64,000 nt of DNA from Armatimonadota bacterium (GTDB lineage Bacteria > Armatimonadota > UBA10988). The position numbers and the translations under genes are program-made. The notes under the pieces are model-generated. The model had not been told where the DNA came from. It did no database searches and saw only the letters and a list, made by a program, of their open reading frames with translations. This document shows positions 63,470-64,000 of the stretch, piece after piece; within the stretch, counting starts at the first letter, position 1; each line of letters opens with the position of its first letter. The stretch spans positions 7,744 through 71,743 of the forward strand of contig JACRKZ010000102.1 of assembly GCA_016235455.1 (NCBI GenBank). Direction: 5' to 3'.

Positions 63470-64000
63470 TCAGAACCCGTGGCGATGCCGCGCCATGATG
63501 TGCTGTTGGTAGACCTCGTCGAGCTCACAGAAGTAGCCGCTCCAGCCCCACACCCGCACGATCAGGTTGCGGTGCTGCTCGGGATGGCGCTGCGCGTCCT
63601 CCAGCGTGTCCAGGTCCAGCGTGTTGAGCTGGAGTTGCTGCCCGCCGGTCTGGGCGAAGGCGCGCACCAACATGGCCACTTTGTCCAGCGCCTCGTCGTT
63701 GCGGAAGGCGGTGTCGCTCAGTTCAAGCGTGATCGGCCCGCCGTTGCAGACACGCTGGTAGGGGATCTTGGCAAAACTCTGCAACACGCTCAGCGGCCCG
63801 CGCACGGTCGCGCCGGGCGTGGGGGCGAGGTTGGCGCCGAAGAACTCGCCCGCGTGGCGACCGTCGGCGGTGGCGCCGACCACCGGCTCGCGCATGCCCT
63901 CATGGCCGCGCGCCAGCCACACGTAGTACATGGCCGAACCCGTGCCGGGCCGCACAATGCCGCCGCGACCGTTCTCGCCTACCGCCTCGCAGGCGTCGGC
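63470..64000 (-). CDS. Glycyl-radical enzyme (pyruvate formate-lyase superfamily), C-terminal part; 5' end outside window
   Basis: The frame stays open from 63955 to 64000 (…ADACEAVGENGRGGIV-RPGTG…). VGATADGRHAGEFFGANLAPTPG (compare ATPDGRxAGEP), GGQQLQLNTLDLDTLEDAQRHPEQHRNLIVRVWGWSGYFCEL (Gly-radical loop RVxG). Confidence 0.85.
   Translation of the reverse strand, partial: ADACEAVGENGRGGIVRPGTGSAMYYVWLARGHEGMREPVVGATADGRHAGEFFGANLAPTPGATVRGPLSVLQSFAKIPYQRVCNGGPITLELSDTAFRNDEALDKVAMLVRAFAQTGGQQLQLNTLDLDTLEDAQRHPEQHRNLIVRVWGWSGYFCELDEVYQQHIMARHRHGF

Overview
High-GC (about 68-70% by eye) bacterial chromosomal segment with about 46 protein-coding genes. I see no rRNA, tRNA or CRISPR array. 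The gene content (Tat/Sec-exported formylglycine-type sulfatases, LamG and right-handed beta-helix proteins, glycoside hydrolases) and the repeat types resemble a PVC/Planctomycetota-type polysaccharide degrader; this is inference only. Backbone: (i) 1-16386 is a long minus-strand cluster of 4 sulfatases, GH43-like, GH39-like, GH27 and GH42-like hydrolases, a metzincin-like lipoprotein, a kinase, an SDR, an enolase-superfamily sugar-acid dehydratase and an IclR regulator. (ii) 17174-22046 holds a sulfatase and an 1157-aa LamG protein. (iii) 28134-46225 holds an NPCBM/alpha-galactosidase-like GH, D-lyxose isomerase, LamG/beta-helix proteins, a GH105-like fusion and a PPC-domain protein. (iv) 49989-64000 holds a URO-D-like protein, a beta-helix protein, a heptahaem cytochrome c lipoprotein, a serpin, an SGNH esterase, a Zn-ADH, a GH78-like rhamnosidase, a DUF1861-like protein and the 3' part of a glycyl-radical enzyme. 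Four items embedded in this backbone stand out. (a) 46337-49881: an ECF sigma factor translationally coupled to a 988-aa protein that reads as a collinear, drastically miniaturised RpoB-RpoC (beta-beta') fusion with the catalytic signatures intact. This is my top candidate for an undescribed system. (b) 22157-24753: a Septu-like (PtuA ATPase / PtuB HNH) defence pair whose ATPase carries five near-identical 34-aa (102-bp) TPR-like repeats. (c) 26020-28064: an uncharacterised secreted-protein / 4-TM-protein pair. (d) Three copies of a 69-80 bp hairpin repeat built from CACAGAT heptamers at gene 3' ends. Many of the longest ORFs in the supplied track are antisense or out-of-frame shadows of real genes, a high-GC artefact. 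Most real genes start downstream of the track's longest-ORF start. Two edge-truncated genes (1-1449, 63470-64000) are missing or shortened in the track. All family calls rest on motifs recognised by eye; no database search was possible.
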